DNA from: Glaucostegus cemiculus
Lineage: Eukaryota
Direction of reading: 5' to 3'
Length of the DNA stretch: 64,000 bases
Assembly (NCBI GenBank): GCA_976551045.1
Contig: CDPCPM010000280.1
Span: 248,001-312,000, forward strand
The translations under genes were made by a program, and so were the position numbers. Below the pieces are notes generated by a model. It was not told the DNA's origin. It made no database searches and saw nothing but the letters and a program-made list of their open reading frames with translations. Each line of letters begins with the position of its first letter. Positions within the stretch are counted from its first letter, which is position 1. Positions 49,679-62,199 of this stretch are shown here, piece by piece.

Positions 49679-50454
49679 ATGGTAGGCAAAATGTGGCTTG
49701 TGGATTGTGATCCATTCAGCTGGGGTTGCAAGTCTGTTAAGGGAAAATTTGCGTTTCTTCCTGACCATGAAATTAAGAAAGACAAGATTTAGAGATTGGG
49801 GAGAGAAGGGCCACGTCTGATTCTTGGAATTAATGGGTGAAAACTATGATCAAAAACTGGAGGAATTTAGTTTGTTATTGATTTGAGGTGGCTGGGTGGT
49901 AATTTTAGCTATAAAACTATAGGAATGATAAATTTGAGATGTTTGTTCAAGTTTAAAAAGTGGCAACAGGACTATGAGAATATTCCTTTAAAATAATAGG
50001 TATATTGGGACTGAGGTCAAAGTTTTGCCTCACACTAAATGATACGCATACAGTATGTAAAGGCTTGTAGTTTTGGTAATGACAGCAAAAATATGAATCT
50101 TAAGAAAAGATTTGGATGCTTTGCTTGGCAGGAAGGGCCCCAAGATTCTTCGGATGCACCAGTACTGATCTTGGCCAGAATTTAACATTTCCCCTCCCTC
50201 CTTTTTCTCCCTGTTTGCTATCAGCATTGGAAACTCAGCCTGTGGGGGGAGATCCAATTGTGCATTGGAATCACCCATTAGAGTTACAACTTCTTACTGT
50301 ACCATTGATTATACCAATTAGACAAATGATTCATCAGTTCTAATTTTGTCGCTATTTGTTGATTCATTACAGCAACATTAACAGTGGTTACACTTGCAAT
50401 TTTTACGTTGCATTTATACCGAAGTAGCTATTTATGAAATTCTTTTGTTTACAG

Positions 50455-50785
50455 CCATAGAGTTGTACAACACAGAAACAGGACTGACTCTGCACCGACT
50501 ACCAAGCGCCCATCCACACATCCTACACTAATCCAGTTTTATTCTTTCCAGATTCCCTTTAACTCTTTCCACATTCTGTCACTGATCTAAACACAGGAGT
50601 AATATACAGTGTCCAGTTAACCTACCAACCCATTTGTCTTTGGGATGTGGGAAGAAACTGGAGCACCTGGAGGAAAACCACTTGGTCACAGGGAGAATGT
50701 GCAAACTCCACAGAGGTAGCACTGAAGGTCAGGATTGAACCTGGGTTGCTAGAGGTGTAAGGCAGAAGCTGTACTACCTGTACCC
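50455..50785 (-). mobile_element. HE1-like V-SINE with CR1-type tail
   Basis: Reverse V-domain tttgggatgtgggaagaaactggagcacctggaggaaaacca...gcaaactccaca, B-box reverse ggattgaacctgg, and tail reverse catagagttgtacaacacagaaacagg. Confidence 0.8.
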
Positions 50786-51477
50786 TTTTACCACTCTACT
50801 GGGGCTTCAGAAACATCTGTAAAGATGCCTTAGCCATCAAGTTTTGAAGTTCTCTGTTCAAATTTTTGTATTTCGATTTTACCCTCCAACTGCCATTGAT
50901 AAACAAACTTTGTTTTATAAATGATATTGCCTTCCAGATGGCAGGCCTGCCCCATCTGTATTGCTTTTCATGAAAGAAACAGTGAAAAGGCAAAAAAAAA
51001 AATGTGTTTTGAACCTGAAATAAAAGTATGATATGCTCAATAGAGGCATCCAGGTGATCGGGACATTAGCATATCTTCCGGTTTAAGTGTTCACAGGTTA
51101 GCTGAATATGCCCATTCTTTTTAGTTTTCAAATGATTCAGTTTCCCTTTTCTATCACTTTATTTACTGTACATGCAAAGTCATGTCCCATTGGGTGGAGG
51201 CTGGCAGGGTTTTATTTACATATTTTACAGCACAGTAAAGTAAAATTGAGTATTTAATCACAAACTAGGAATATTTTCCGATGGACTGATTTCTAACATT
51301 TCCTGTTTCAACATTAGTTTACTTTTCTGAAATACATATTATTATTTTGCATCCAAACTTTAAAATGTTCAAGGAGAGAACCTTCAACTTGGAGTTCAGA
51401 GACTTGCTAACATTTATAGATGAATCCTATTTATGCCATTTATTTTCTTCACACTCCTGTTAAGTACAGTATTGTTA

Positions 51478-51610
51478 TAGAACCATAGAACAATACAGCA
51501 CAATACAGGCCCTTCGGCCCACCATGTTGTGCCGTCCATCGAACCTCACACTATCTAACTCTTTCCTTCCAAATATCCCTCTATCCCACATTCCTCCATA
51601 TGCCTATCCT
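51478..51610 (-). mobile_element. CR1/HER1 3' tail
   Basis: tagaaccatagaacaatacagcacaatacaggcccttcggccc matches the reverse of the 12070-12127 tail. Confidence 0.75.
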
Positions 51611-52604
51611 TTATCTTGATTCGCAGAATTATTTTCTAATTTCCCTCCAGGTTCATCTGTAGTTCTCCAGAAGGTGTTGACTCTTATTTGGGAAGGATTA
51701 TACTGACCAGTTGCTGACAAACTTCATTACCTAAGTTGCAATCTTTGCACATGAACTGAGAAGGTGAATGCAGAAAGCCAATTCAATAAGATCACAATCA
51801 GTCTGTTTAACCTAATGTCCACATATACACAATTTATGTCAGGGGTTAGTGGTTTTCAGGAGGAATCCCAATTGATATTTCTGCTCTCTATACTGTGGCT
51901 GAGGGATTATTAGTCTTGTGCTGACCAGGAATATCTGATCAATCAAGCATCTTTATTAATAAAACTATTGAGGAGTTTGGTGGGGGTAGAGGAAGCTGGT
52001 GGCCAGTATTTTCCATGGGTATTTTGATAATGCATCATTTATGCTAGTGAATTAATAATCCAGAGACTACGAGGTTAAATATACCTATGATGGCTGGGGA
52101 ATTTAAATTCAGATTAAGAATCTGGAATTTAAACTAAAACAAAACTTTTTATTCATAATGATGACTACAAAACTATTGGATTGATTTAAGAACCCATCCT
52201 GTTCATTAATGTGCTTCAGGAAAGGAAATCTGCCATCATAATAGTCCAACTGATATGTGATCCAGAACCATGAATATGGCTAACTCTTAAATGTCTTCTG
52301 AAATGGCCTATCAAGCCACTCAGTTGTACCATGATCGGTTTATTGAAACAAAAAGAGAAAAAAACAAGATGGACCCCCTCCCCCGCAATGGCCCAGACAC
52401 TAAATTCAAACACCGCAAAATTCTTCTAACCCAGTTTAGCTTGCAAAGTCCCTCAATCCTTGAAGGGTGGGGGTGGAGGGGGGCAGGAGGGAAATGGCTG
52501 GAGTCTAAGTTGAGACAGCTATCCGTAGATTAATTAGGAAACAGCTTTTCCTCACAGAATCATACCTTGCAGAAAATATGTTGGACTCCTTCATCTCAAT
52601 CCCC

Positions 52605-53480
52605 GAGTACGTACAAACATGTGAATTAGGGACATTGTGTAGATTCTTCAAGGCTACTCTCCCAGACTTAACTCTGCATTTCCATCTCAATATGGTTTTC
52701 GCCCCTTGCTCATCTAGAATCTATCTACCCGTGCCTTGATTGTTCAAAGACTTTGCTTCCACCAGCCTTTGAGGAAGAGAATTGCAAAAACTCATAGCCC
52801 TCTGAGAGAAAAAAATTCATCACTGTCTTTAATGAGCAACCTATTATTAAACAGAGAACTATAATTCTAGATTTTCTCATTGAAACGTTCCAGTCACTTC
52901 CAGCCTCTCAAGACCTTCAGGACCATATTTCTTTCAAACAAGTCCCTGCTTATCCTTTGAAACATCAACAGGTACAAGCCTGGCATGTCCAACCTTTCCT
53001 CTTAAGACAACTCACCCATGCCACTAAATCTTCTCTGAACTGCTTCCAATAAATTAATATCTTTCCTTAAACATGGGGACCAATACTGTACACAGTAAGC
53101 TGGATGTGGTCTCACCAGTTCTCTCTATAACTGAAGTTTAACCTCCCAATGTTTATATTTAATTTCCCCAGCTTTCCTAATCACTTGCTGTATCTACTTA
53201 CTAACCTCTTGTGAAAGGAAACGCAGATCCCCCTGCATTTCAGAGCTCTGCATTCTCTCCGCATTTAAATAATGTGGTTCAGTTTGTTTTTTCCCCACCA
53301 AAGCAGAAAATTTTACATTTTCAGCATTAAACTCCATTTGCCACATTTCTGCCACTCACTAACTATGTCCCTTTGTAACCTCCTTTGACAACTTGGAACC
53401 TCCCTTTCATTCTGTCTTCATCAAATTTGGCAACCATACCTTTGGAGCCTTCATCCCAGCAATGATCCAATGACACAACA
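52605..53480 (-). mobile_element. CR1 3' fragment nested in the LINE endonuclease region
   Basis: ccctctgagagaaaaaa, ccttaaacatggggaccaatactgtacacagta (reverse of [11 protein letters not shown]) and ttaaactccatttgccac. Confidence 0.75.
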
Positions 53481-56002
53481 TTGATTATATTTTTTATTCC
53501 CTTTGAGACCATTCCTATCAGTGATAGGAAGGAGGGAATAGCTCTGAGGGTCCTTAGTATTGACTTAAGACCTCCTATGGTATGAGGCCAAACATGAAAA
53601 TCTCCTCCTGATTCTCATTGCGTAGCGTACATCTCGTTCAATTGTTCTGAGAAGAATATAGAAGGGCATGCTGAGGGTAGCACAAGGTCCTGCTCCCTCA
53701 AGTGATAAGTCAGTGCTCCTCCATGTTGAACAAAATTTGGAAGCAGGACTGCTAGTAGCAAGGTCACTGAATGTACTGTGATTCAGAGATTTGAATGTTC
53801 ATCACCAAGAGTGGTTTGACTGCAACACTCTGACTGAGCTGGCTGAAGCGCATGGCAACCAGAGGTTTCCTTCTGTAGCAGGAAATGAAGAACCAACATG
53901 GTAGGTAAACCTGCATGACTTCGTCCTCACTGGTCAATCTCTGACAGGTGCATTGTGAGAAGTATTCAACACACAGTCCTTGTGCAGAAAAGTCCCTTCT
54001 TTACACAGATGATGCTCTCCATTGTGTTGCATGGCACTATAATTGTGCCAAATGGGACAGATTCAGAACAGATCAGGTAACTCAAAACTGGGCAACAATA
54101 AGATACTGTGGATTATCATGAACAACAGAAGTGTATGACTTCACTGTCCATAATCTCATAGCCCAGCATATATCTTACTCAACTGGTCCTGTGAAGAGTA
54201 TGGATGGGTATGCTGAGAGCAGCAATGGGTATACCAAAAAAAGTGACGTGCCAGTTTGGTGAAGCTGCAATGCAGGCTCTTGGATCAGTTCAAACCTCTG
54301 TAGTCCTGTCGCATCTAATTGTGAACAGTGGTGGACAATCAAGCAGAAAGTGGAGAAGGCTCCTTGAATTTGTTTGGTTGCTGCAGCATGGTGAGCTGTT
54401 GGGCTTATTCCTATATTGTTCTGTGTTCTAATATTCTCATTCTCAAGAAAGAAGGGCCTAGAAGATAATGCTGAGGATGAGGCTGAATCATTCACAGCCT
54501 CATTCAGCCAGAAGTGCAGATAGATGATCTATATCAGCTTCCTCTCGAGATCACATGGTAACAGAATTCAATCTAATTCAATCTTCAGCCAATCTGATTC
54601 ACTCCATTTAATGTCAAGAAACAGCTGAGAGAACTGGCTACATCAAAGGTGATGGGACCAGCAATATCTTGGCTGTAGTGCTGAAGATCAGCATGATCAG
54701 AACTATTGGCACCTCTAGCCAAGCCCTTCCAGTACAGTAACGTCACCAGCATTCACCTGTGTGAAAAATTGCTCAGGTATGTAATGTTTACAAAAAGCAG
54801 GGCACATTCAAGTCACTAATTACCACCTATTCAGCTCTCAATCAGCAGCAAAGTGATAGAAGGTATCATTGATAGTGCAATCAGTGATAGCCTATGTGTG
54901 ATGCCTTGCAGGATAAAACAGCCCATTTGATTGCTGAACTTTCCACAAACCTAAATGTTAATTTCCTCCACCAATGGTACACAGTGCTAGTAATGTGTAC
55001 TATCTGCAACAAACATTGCCAGGATCACAAGGCTTCAGACTTCATCCCAGCTGAATTCCAGCAGTGATGTGACACTCGCTGTCCTTGATAGCAAGGCAGT
55101 ATTTGACTGGTTGAAGCATCAAGGTGCTCCAGTAAAACTGAAGTCAATGGGCATCAAGGGGAAAACACTCCAATGGAGTCAAAGTTGGCACAAAGGAAAA
55201 TCTTTGTTGGAGGTCAATATTTCCGGTCACAAACCAAAGCTGCAAAATTACTCAGGACAGTGTTGTGAGCCCAACTTTGTTCAGCTGTTTCATCATGGCT
55301 TCCTTCCATCTTAAATGAGGATGTTTGCTGATGATTGAACTATGTTCAATTGACTTTTAAAACTGTTTAGCAAATGAAGCAGACCATGCTTGCATGCAAC
55401 ATGCCCAAGAAAACATTGAGCTATATGCTGATAAATGGCATATAACATTTGTGCTACAGTAGTGCCAAGCTGTCTTCAGCAAGAGAAAGCCTAACCTCCT
55501 TTTGCCTTTCAGTAGCACTAACATTGCAAAGTCCCCTACCATCCACATCTTGAGGATGACTATTGACTAGAAACTTAGCTGGACTAGCCACATAATTACT
55601 GTGGCTACAAGAGCAGGTCAGAGGTTGAGTATCCTGTTGCAAGTGACTTATTACTGACATCTCAAAGCACAAGTGAGGAGCATGAACAAATACTCTCTAT
55701 TTGCCTAGATGAATGCATTTCCAACAACTTTCAAGAAGCACAACACCATACAGAGCAAAGCAGCCCACTTGATTGGTGCCTCATTCACCATCCTAAATTG
55801 TCATTTCCTCCACCTCAAGTGCACAGTATCTGCATTGTGTACTATCAGCAAAATGTAGTGTAGTTACTTGCATAGGCTAATTTGGCAGCACCTCTTAAAC
55901 CTGCAACCCCACCAAAAAGGAAATGGGCTTTAGCTGCATAGGAACACCACCTTTCACATGTTATCTCCTAAGCAGCAGATCATCTTGACTTGGAAGTATA
56001 TA

Positions 56003-56898
56003 ATAACATCTCCTCTTAGCTGACAATCAACACAGGCACACCTCAAGGATGCGTGTTTAGCCCACTGCTCTACTTTCTCTACCCTCATGACTGTGTGGCT
56101 AAGCACAGGTCAAATGCCATCTATAAATTCACAGATGACACCACTGTTGTTGGTAGAATCTCGGATGACAACGAGGAGGTATACAGGAGTGAGTTAGATC
56201 GGCTGGTTGAGTAGTGTCGCTACAACAGTCTTGCATTCAACATCAGTAAGACCAAGGAACTGATTAGTGGACTTCAGGAAAGGGACACACACCAGTCTTC
56301 ATTGAGGGGTCAGCAATGGAAAGGGTGAGCAGCTACGGGTTCCTTGGTGTCAACATCTTGAAGGATCTATCCTGGGCCCAATGCATTGATGCAATCAGAA
56401 AGGCACACCAGCAGCTCTACTTCATTAGGAGTTTGAGGAGATTTGATATGTCACCAAAGATTCTTACAAATTTCTAAGGCAACCATTCTGACTGGTTGCA
56501 TCAAAGCTTGGTATGGAGGCTCCAATACACGGGATCGCAAGAGGCTGCAGAGGATTGTAGACTCAGCCTGCTCCATCACGGGCACAACCCTCCCCACTAT
56601 CGAGGACATCTTCAAGAGGCGGTATCTCAAGCAGGTGGCATCCGTCACTAAGGACCCTCACCATCTGGGACATACCCTCATTTTGTTACTGCCATCAGGG
56701 AGGAGTCTGAAGACCCACGCTCAGTGATTCAGAAACAGCTTCTTAGTCTCCATCGTCATATTTCTGAACAGTCCATGAACACTACCTTGTTATTCTTCTT
56801 TTTTGTAATTGATAGTAATTTTAGGTCTTTGCATTGTACTGCTGCAGCAAATTAAAAAAATTCACGTCGTGTTAATCAATGATAATCAGATTCTGATT
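56003..56898 (+). mobile_element. Rex1/Babar RT-to-3' fragment nested in the LINE 3' region
   Basis: Encodes NTGTPQGCVFSPLLY..Y.HDC and KFTDDTTVVG. ORF 56443-56727 (ILTGCIKAWYG...DRKRLQRIV...LPSGR). Tail gataatcagattctgatt. Confidence 0.9.
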
Positions 56899-58049
56899 AT
56901 TCCTTCTTTGTCACTGAGTCTGAATCCTGGAACTCCTTCCCCAGCAGCATTTTTAAGGAATGCAGAGGTTCCAGAAGTCTGCTTACCACTTTCTCTTGGG
57001 TGATTAGAGATGGTTACCATATGAATGAATGAACCCCCATTAGAATGGCCTTGCCAGCAGTACCTAAATCTCCAAAAGTGAATAAATAATCAAAATTTTT
57101 TTTAGAACAATGAAAAATGTCAGCCTTCTCTGCTTGGCACTGCATAGGCTAGCCATTTAAAGCTATTTTTCAAACCACACTGTCAAAACTCTGCACGTCC
57201 ATCTAGATTTTTCATTGATTATTGATACATTTTAGTGTAATGAAAATCAGCAAAATGGATTGTTAAAACCAATGGAAAGCATTATTGCAATCTGGACAAC
57301 CATTTACATGTTTATAAACAGCATGTCCAACTTGTAAGTAGTAGTGAAATCTTAATAGATACTGCAAAATAGAAAATTTCAAATTATTGTAAATAACAGC
57401 TACCTTTTAAAGCTGTACCCTTGTTAAAATTGTAATTAATCTAAAGTGGTTTGGCAGTTTTGCAGGATATATACTTCCCACTTTGTCCAGTGTGTTTGTA
57501 GAATATGAGTCTTACATTTTAAGACTGATAGGGTCATATATTTGAAAAAAAAGCAATTGTTTCACAGTCCATTTCTTTGATTCTCATCACAGTGAAAATG
57601 GCAATTAGACAGATGACCTAAACGGAATCTGTGGATTTAATCTGTATAGTTACACATTTTATTTGAGAACAAGCAAAACCAACAAAGAAACCAAGTATTC
57701 TCCAGAGGTGAATTTCAGCAGAATTGAAATAAGGCTTCAGGAAGATGATTTTATTCTATGTGACCTCTTGGTTTTGAGCAACCATCTGGTAAGAGTACTT
57801 CTATATGATGAGATGTCAACAAATGCTTCTTGCCACTTTCACTGTTTCTCAAGAGAGAAAAGAAAGCCAAATGACCTTTTTCTTCTCAGCTTGTGCAACA
57901 ATCGGCACAGATTTTCTGTTCAAGGAGCTGCAAGTTCTAATTAGTTTGCAGTTGGTTTAGTTTGGTGCATTTATTTAGAGTTTGGTTTGCACTGAATAGA
58001 AATCGTACTTCAGAAGTTTAAAATATACATAATAAAATTTACTTTAGAC

Positions 58050-58700
58050 ACTCTCCTGCTCCACCTCACTGATCCTCCAGAAGCCCAAACTCTCCAACTC
58101 TTGGACAGCTCTAACTGCACATTGTTTTCCAAGAATTTTGAATGTGATGTTCAGTGCCTTCTTGTCTTTCTCTTCAGCAATTCATTCCAATCTCTAGAAT
58201 ACCTTGGTTGATGGCAACTGTGCTGATGGTCATTATTTCTGTCTCTTCCAGCACCTTTGCAGCAGTTCATCTGGTCAACCATATCATTGCCTTTGTTAAT
58301 TTTCAATCATATAGTTCTCTGGCTTGCATAACTTCACAAACTGTCCCCAAATAATCAACACATCTGCAGCAGTGACTTATTTTCCTGCACCTGTGGAATC
58401 CATTCAAGCACTTGTCTTTGAACCTTTTCTCTTACCATTTTTATATTGTCCTTTAGTGACAATATCTGCAGGCACAGGATCAGTATCAATTTTTCCTGAC
58501 CACTTTATCCCCCAATTTTGCACCTACCACTGCTCTGTAAGACTAACTTTGTTTCATCAAGCTGAGAACAATTTAAAATTTCATTCATCTTGATAATCAG
58601 GCCTATCAATTTTGCTCTCTAGCATAATATCTCCACCTTCTCATTGGTCATTTGCATAGGTTAAATCAAAAATGACAGATCTTGATAACCTATTTGAATC
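58050..58700 (+). mobile_element. Very old L2-like RT remnant
   Basis: acctttgcagcagttcatctggtcaaccat resembles DLSAAFDTVDH-coding sequence. Weak. Confidence 0.35.
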
Positions 58701-59189
58701 TGTCATGATTTGACACTATTTTGGCACAGTAATATAATTTATATTAAAATTGTTATTGTCAAATTTATCTTGCCATGGATTAAAATCCTCAGCAACTATC
58801 AGTATAAATGTGGAGGAGGATCAAATTTAAATGAATCAATTCAGAGGGGAATGATTTGAGGAGATGTTGGTAGTAAAGAGAAAAATGATGAGTCTTATCT
58901 CAAGTTCCAGATGATCCTGGTGTATTCACTCAGTATCACAATGTGGTCTACCCAGATCTAGTGATGAATGCTTTAATAGTTCTGTGCTGGTTGTGGTCAA
59001 GACTACCGCATTCAAATTGTAGGGCACAAGAATAGGGGTCTTACACGTGATTAACAGTGAGGGGTTTTCAGGTTCTGCTGTGGAAATTAAAGTATCAGAG
59101 TGGTGGAGAGTAAGTGGTAAACCAGATGAACAGCTGACATATTAGTGGCAGATTTAGGGCCATGGACTGAATTATTGGCACTTTGAAAG

Positions 59190-59260
59190 TTAAGATTTCT
59201 TTATTAGTCACATGTACATCGAAATACACAGTGAAATGCATCTTTTGTGTAGAGTGTATT
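59190..59260 (-). mobile_element. 3' tail of the Rex1-tailed V-SINE family
   Basis: taagatttctttattagtcacatgtacatcgaaatacacagtgaaatgcatc matches 37850-37890. Confidence 0.65.
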
Positions 59261-59424
59261 GATATACATGATGACTTGATGAAGAAACTTTTAGAGGCAG
59301 GTGCAAGATATCAAGTGAGAGCTAGTTGGTAACATTTCACTCATTGGACAACATTGTAATAATTTAGTACTTAATTTATTCTGTATTGGGATGTTGCAGT
59401 CCTTCAATTCCACCCATTTATAGA

Positions 59425-60480
59425 AACTTAAGAAAGAGAAACAGAAGCCCCCTCACATCTGATTCACCATTTAATAAAATCATGGCTGATATTTTACGTC
59501 CGTGTACCTTTCCTGCACTAACCCCACACAATCCTTGATTCACTTAATATTTAAAAATCTATCAATCTCTGTCTTGAAAACATTCAGCAACTAAGCCTTC
59601 ATAGTAAAGAATTTCAATGATTTGCTCCTTCTAATTGAGGAAACTTCTTATTGCAGTCCAGAAAGGCCAACTGTTTATTTTAGGAGTACAACCCCTGGTT
59701 CTAAACATTCCATCCAGAGAAAATATCAACTTTGTATCTGCCTACTCAAGCCCCATCAGAATTTTGCATATTTCGAAGAGATGAACTCTCACTCTTCTGA
59801 ACTCAAGAGAGTACAAGTCCAATCTGTTTAATCTCTCCTAAAAGGACAAATCCCCCATCCCAGGAATCAATTTCATGAACCTTTGTTGGACTCCCTCAAT
59901 CACAAGTATATCCTTGCCTAATAAGGGAGACCAGACTTGAACATGATATTCCAATCGAGGTCTCTTAGGTCCCTGTGCAATTGTAGTAAGACATCTTTAT
60001 TCTTCTACTCAAATCCTCTTGCAATAAAGGCCAACACACTTCTCCTTCCTAATTGCTTTCTGCGCTTGGAGAAAGTGATTAACTATACCATGAACACCAC
60101 ATCCCTCTGAGTGCACGTAGCTTTCAACCTCACATATCTAAAAAAAAATACTGTTTTACTATTCGTCTGTATTGAAGTGGATGACCTTATTTTTCCCACA
60201 TTTTTTTATCTGTCAAGTCCCTGCCCATTTACTTATCCCTTCTCTAACTGTCTGAGGCTTTCTGCATCTTCCTCACAACCCACACTGCCGCCCAATTTGG
60301 TCCCCTCATCCAAACCACTGATGGAGATTGGCCAGTCCTTGTAATAGCAAACGAGCTACAACCTCTCAACCAGAAAAGGGTACACTTATTCCTATTATTC
60401 GTTAACCAACAATCCCATTGTCCTTAAGGCCTTCTGAAAGTTCAAGTACACCAGCCTACAGGTTTGCCCTAATCTATTCT
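59425..60480 (-). mobile_element. CR1 RT-to-3' fragment
   Basis: caccatttaataaaatcatggctgat tail, ccaggaatcaatttcatgaaccttt, gcaataaaggccaaca and aaggccttctgaaagttcaagtacac (reverse of VYLNFQKA). Confidence 0.75.
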
Positions 60481-60519
60481 TCCAGTGTCAAACTAAAAAA
60501 ATTCTAACCTAAGGACATT

Positions 60520-60755
60520 AGAATCAAGGATGGAAGTAGAACCTACATTCCCTTGACTGAGTTCTGCTATTCAATAAGACCATGAGAAATCTTTTACCTC
60601 AACTCCTTTTACTGGCTTATACCCATATTCCTTAATTCCTCTAAAATCTAGAAGTCTATTGAACTCAATTTTAAATTCAATCAATGACTGAGCCTCCACA
60701 GTCCAAAGGGTTGAGAAATACCAAAGATTCACCACCACTAAAGTGAAGAGCAGAT
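60520..60755 (-). mobile_element. CR1 3' end
   Basis: ctattcaataagaccatgag...acccatattccttaattcctct...gactgagcctccacagtcc...ccaaagattcaccacc. Confidence 0.6.
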
Positions 60756-61325
60756 TTGCCAAACATAATTTAACTTCCATGAATCCACATTGACTATATT
60801 CTACTATTCTATATTTTACTATTATTATTTCAAGTGCCCTTCTGCCACTTTCTCAACAATAAATTCTGGTGTTTTCCATTTTAATGTTGTCAGATTAAAT
60901 GTTCTTTATTTAACTATTTTCTCTCTCCCCTTAAGTTTGCTTCTTCCCAACTTTAGTAATGATTTCAGAATCAATGGAATTTTGGATACTATATATTAAT
61001 TATTTAAATATCAGACATTACTTATTTACTGTAAGACCTTTTAATGTAATTACTCATTCTACTACATCCAGCTTACACCTTTGTAGTTTGCTTTGTTTAG
61101 ACTTAAGACCATATTTTAAGATTGAACTGGATCACTTTCAATCTTTATATGGAACACTTTCAAATTACGATCTCTGTTGAAGTTTTGTTAACAAATAGAT
61201 TATTAATCAATCTTTTCTCATTGCACAGTACTGTATTCCTCTGTTATGGTTTTAATTTTCACTGTTGTCCCTTGAAGTCTGTTCCTTCAGCTGCTTAAAC
61301 TATAAACTCTGGAATACGTCCCTCA

Positions 61326-61550
61326 GCAATACATATAAAGTGCTAGAGGAACTCAGCAAGTCAGGCAGCATCTATGGAGGGAAACAAACAGTTGACGTTT
61401 TGGGTTGAAACCCTTCATCAGGACTGAATGTCTTGACCTGAAATGTCGGCTGTTTATTTCCCTCCCTAGATGCTGCCTGACCTGCTGAGTTCCTCCAGCA
61501 CTTTTTGTGTATTGCTCCAGATTCCAGCATCTGCAGAATCTCTTGTGTCT
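61326..61550. mobile_element. Penelope-derived palindromic mini-element (best copy)
   Basis: About 85-bp inverted arms: gcaatacatataaagtgctagaggaactcagcaagtcaggcagcatcta versus tagatgctgcctgacctgctgagttcctccagcactttttgtgtattgc. Terminal ccagcatctgcagaatctcttgtgtct. Confidence 0.85.
61390..61425 (-). ncRNA. Minimal type I hammerhead ribozyme core (probably inactivated)
   Basis: Minus strand AGTC CTGATGA A GGGT TTCA ACCC AAAAC GTC AACT: CUGAUGA box, stem II, GUC triplet and stem I AGTC/AACT. GAAA has become AAAA. Confidence 0.55.
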
Positions 61551-62199
61551 CCAGAATTCTTCCCTAAACCTTTCCGTCTTTCCTTAAAGTATCATCTTTT
61601 AATTATGCTTTGGTCACCTGTCCTAAAATCTAAGTTTGAAATGTTGTTTGATAAAGGTACCATATGATTACAAGTTGTTCATGTCGCTTGAGTCCATAAT
61701 CAACTGTCTCAAGCAGTCCACTTTCAACTTGGTGAGCTGACATCTAAGTAGAAATATATTGCAACCTCATGAATGGGCTTGTGTGGGTGCAAAATGAACA
61801 ATCTCATCATTCACCTGCTCAGAAATCCTGATGCAAATTGTGCTATGTGCAGTATCTTTTATAATGCAGTTCAAGTCCCAGGTAATTAATCACTGCTGTC
61901 CCCGTGTCATTCCTACGTGACTTTAAATCTTAGGAATGCTTTCTAACAAAGCGTCAGATTGGTAAACAGCAAAATATTCAAAATGCCATTGACAATGCCG
62001 TAAAGAATACTTTGCAGTAGAATCAAGCTGTATAATCAAAGAAGAAGTGAATTAACAATGGTCTTTGCATCTATGTATGCCTGAACTCGTGTATTTAGCT
62101 AAGTTCAAATGTGATTCCTCAAAATGCCTTTTGAAATACAAAAACAAAAATGGATGTTGATATTTTAAAAATGGGTAAAGTTGAAAATGATCAGTAGTT

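Larger units (their letters stand above)
52040..57092 (+). mobile_element. Near full-length decayed CR1-group LINE (APE + RT) with a tRNA-SINE-like 5' end; contains nested CR1 and Rex1
   Basis: SINE-like head and core at 52040-52330. APE motifs LTESYL (52551-52568) and DLNVHHQEW (53788-53814). RT MFADD (55321-55335). 3' tail gggtgattagagatgg...ggccttgccagc...aataaataat. Exact clade unresolved. Confidence 0.78.
61270..61670 (+). mobile_element. L2-like 3' end split by the Penelope-derived palindrome
   Basis: ttccttcagctgcttaaactataaactctggaat before the insertion and ttccctaaacctttcc...tttggtcacctgtcctaa after it. Confidence 0.5.

Noticed and set aside
57663-57944. 93-aa ORF with an internal GTAAGA donor
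   Set aside because: Non-ATG start, weak acceptors and no recognisable homology.
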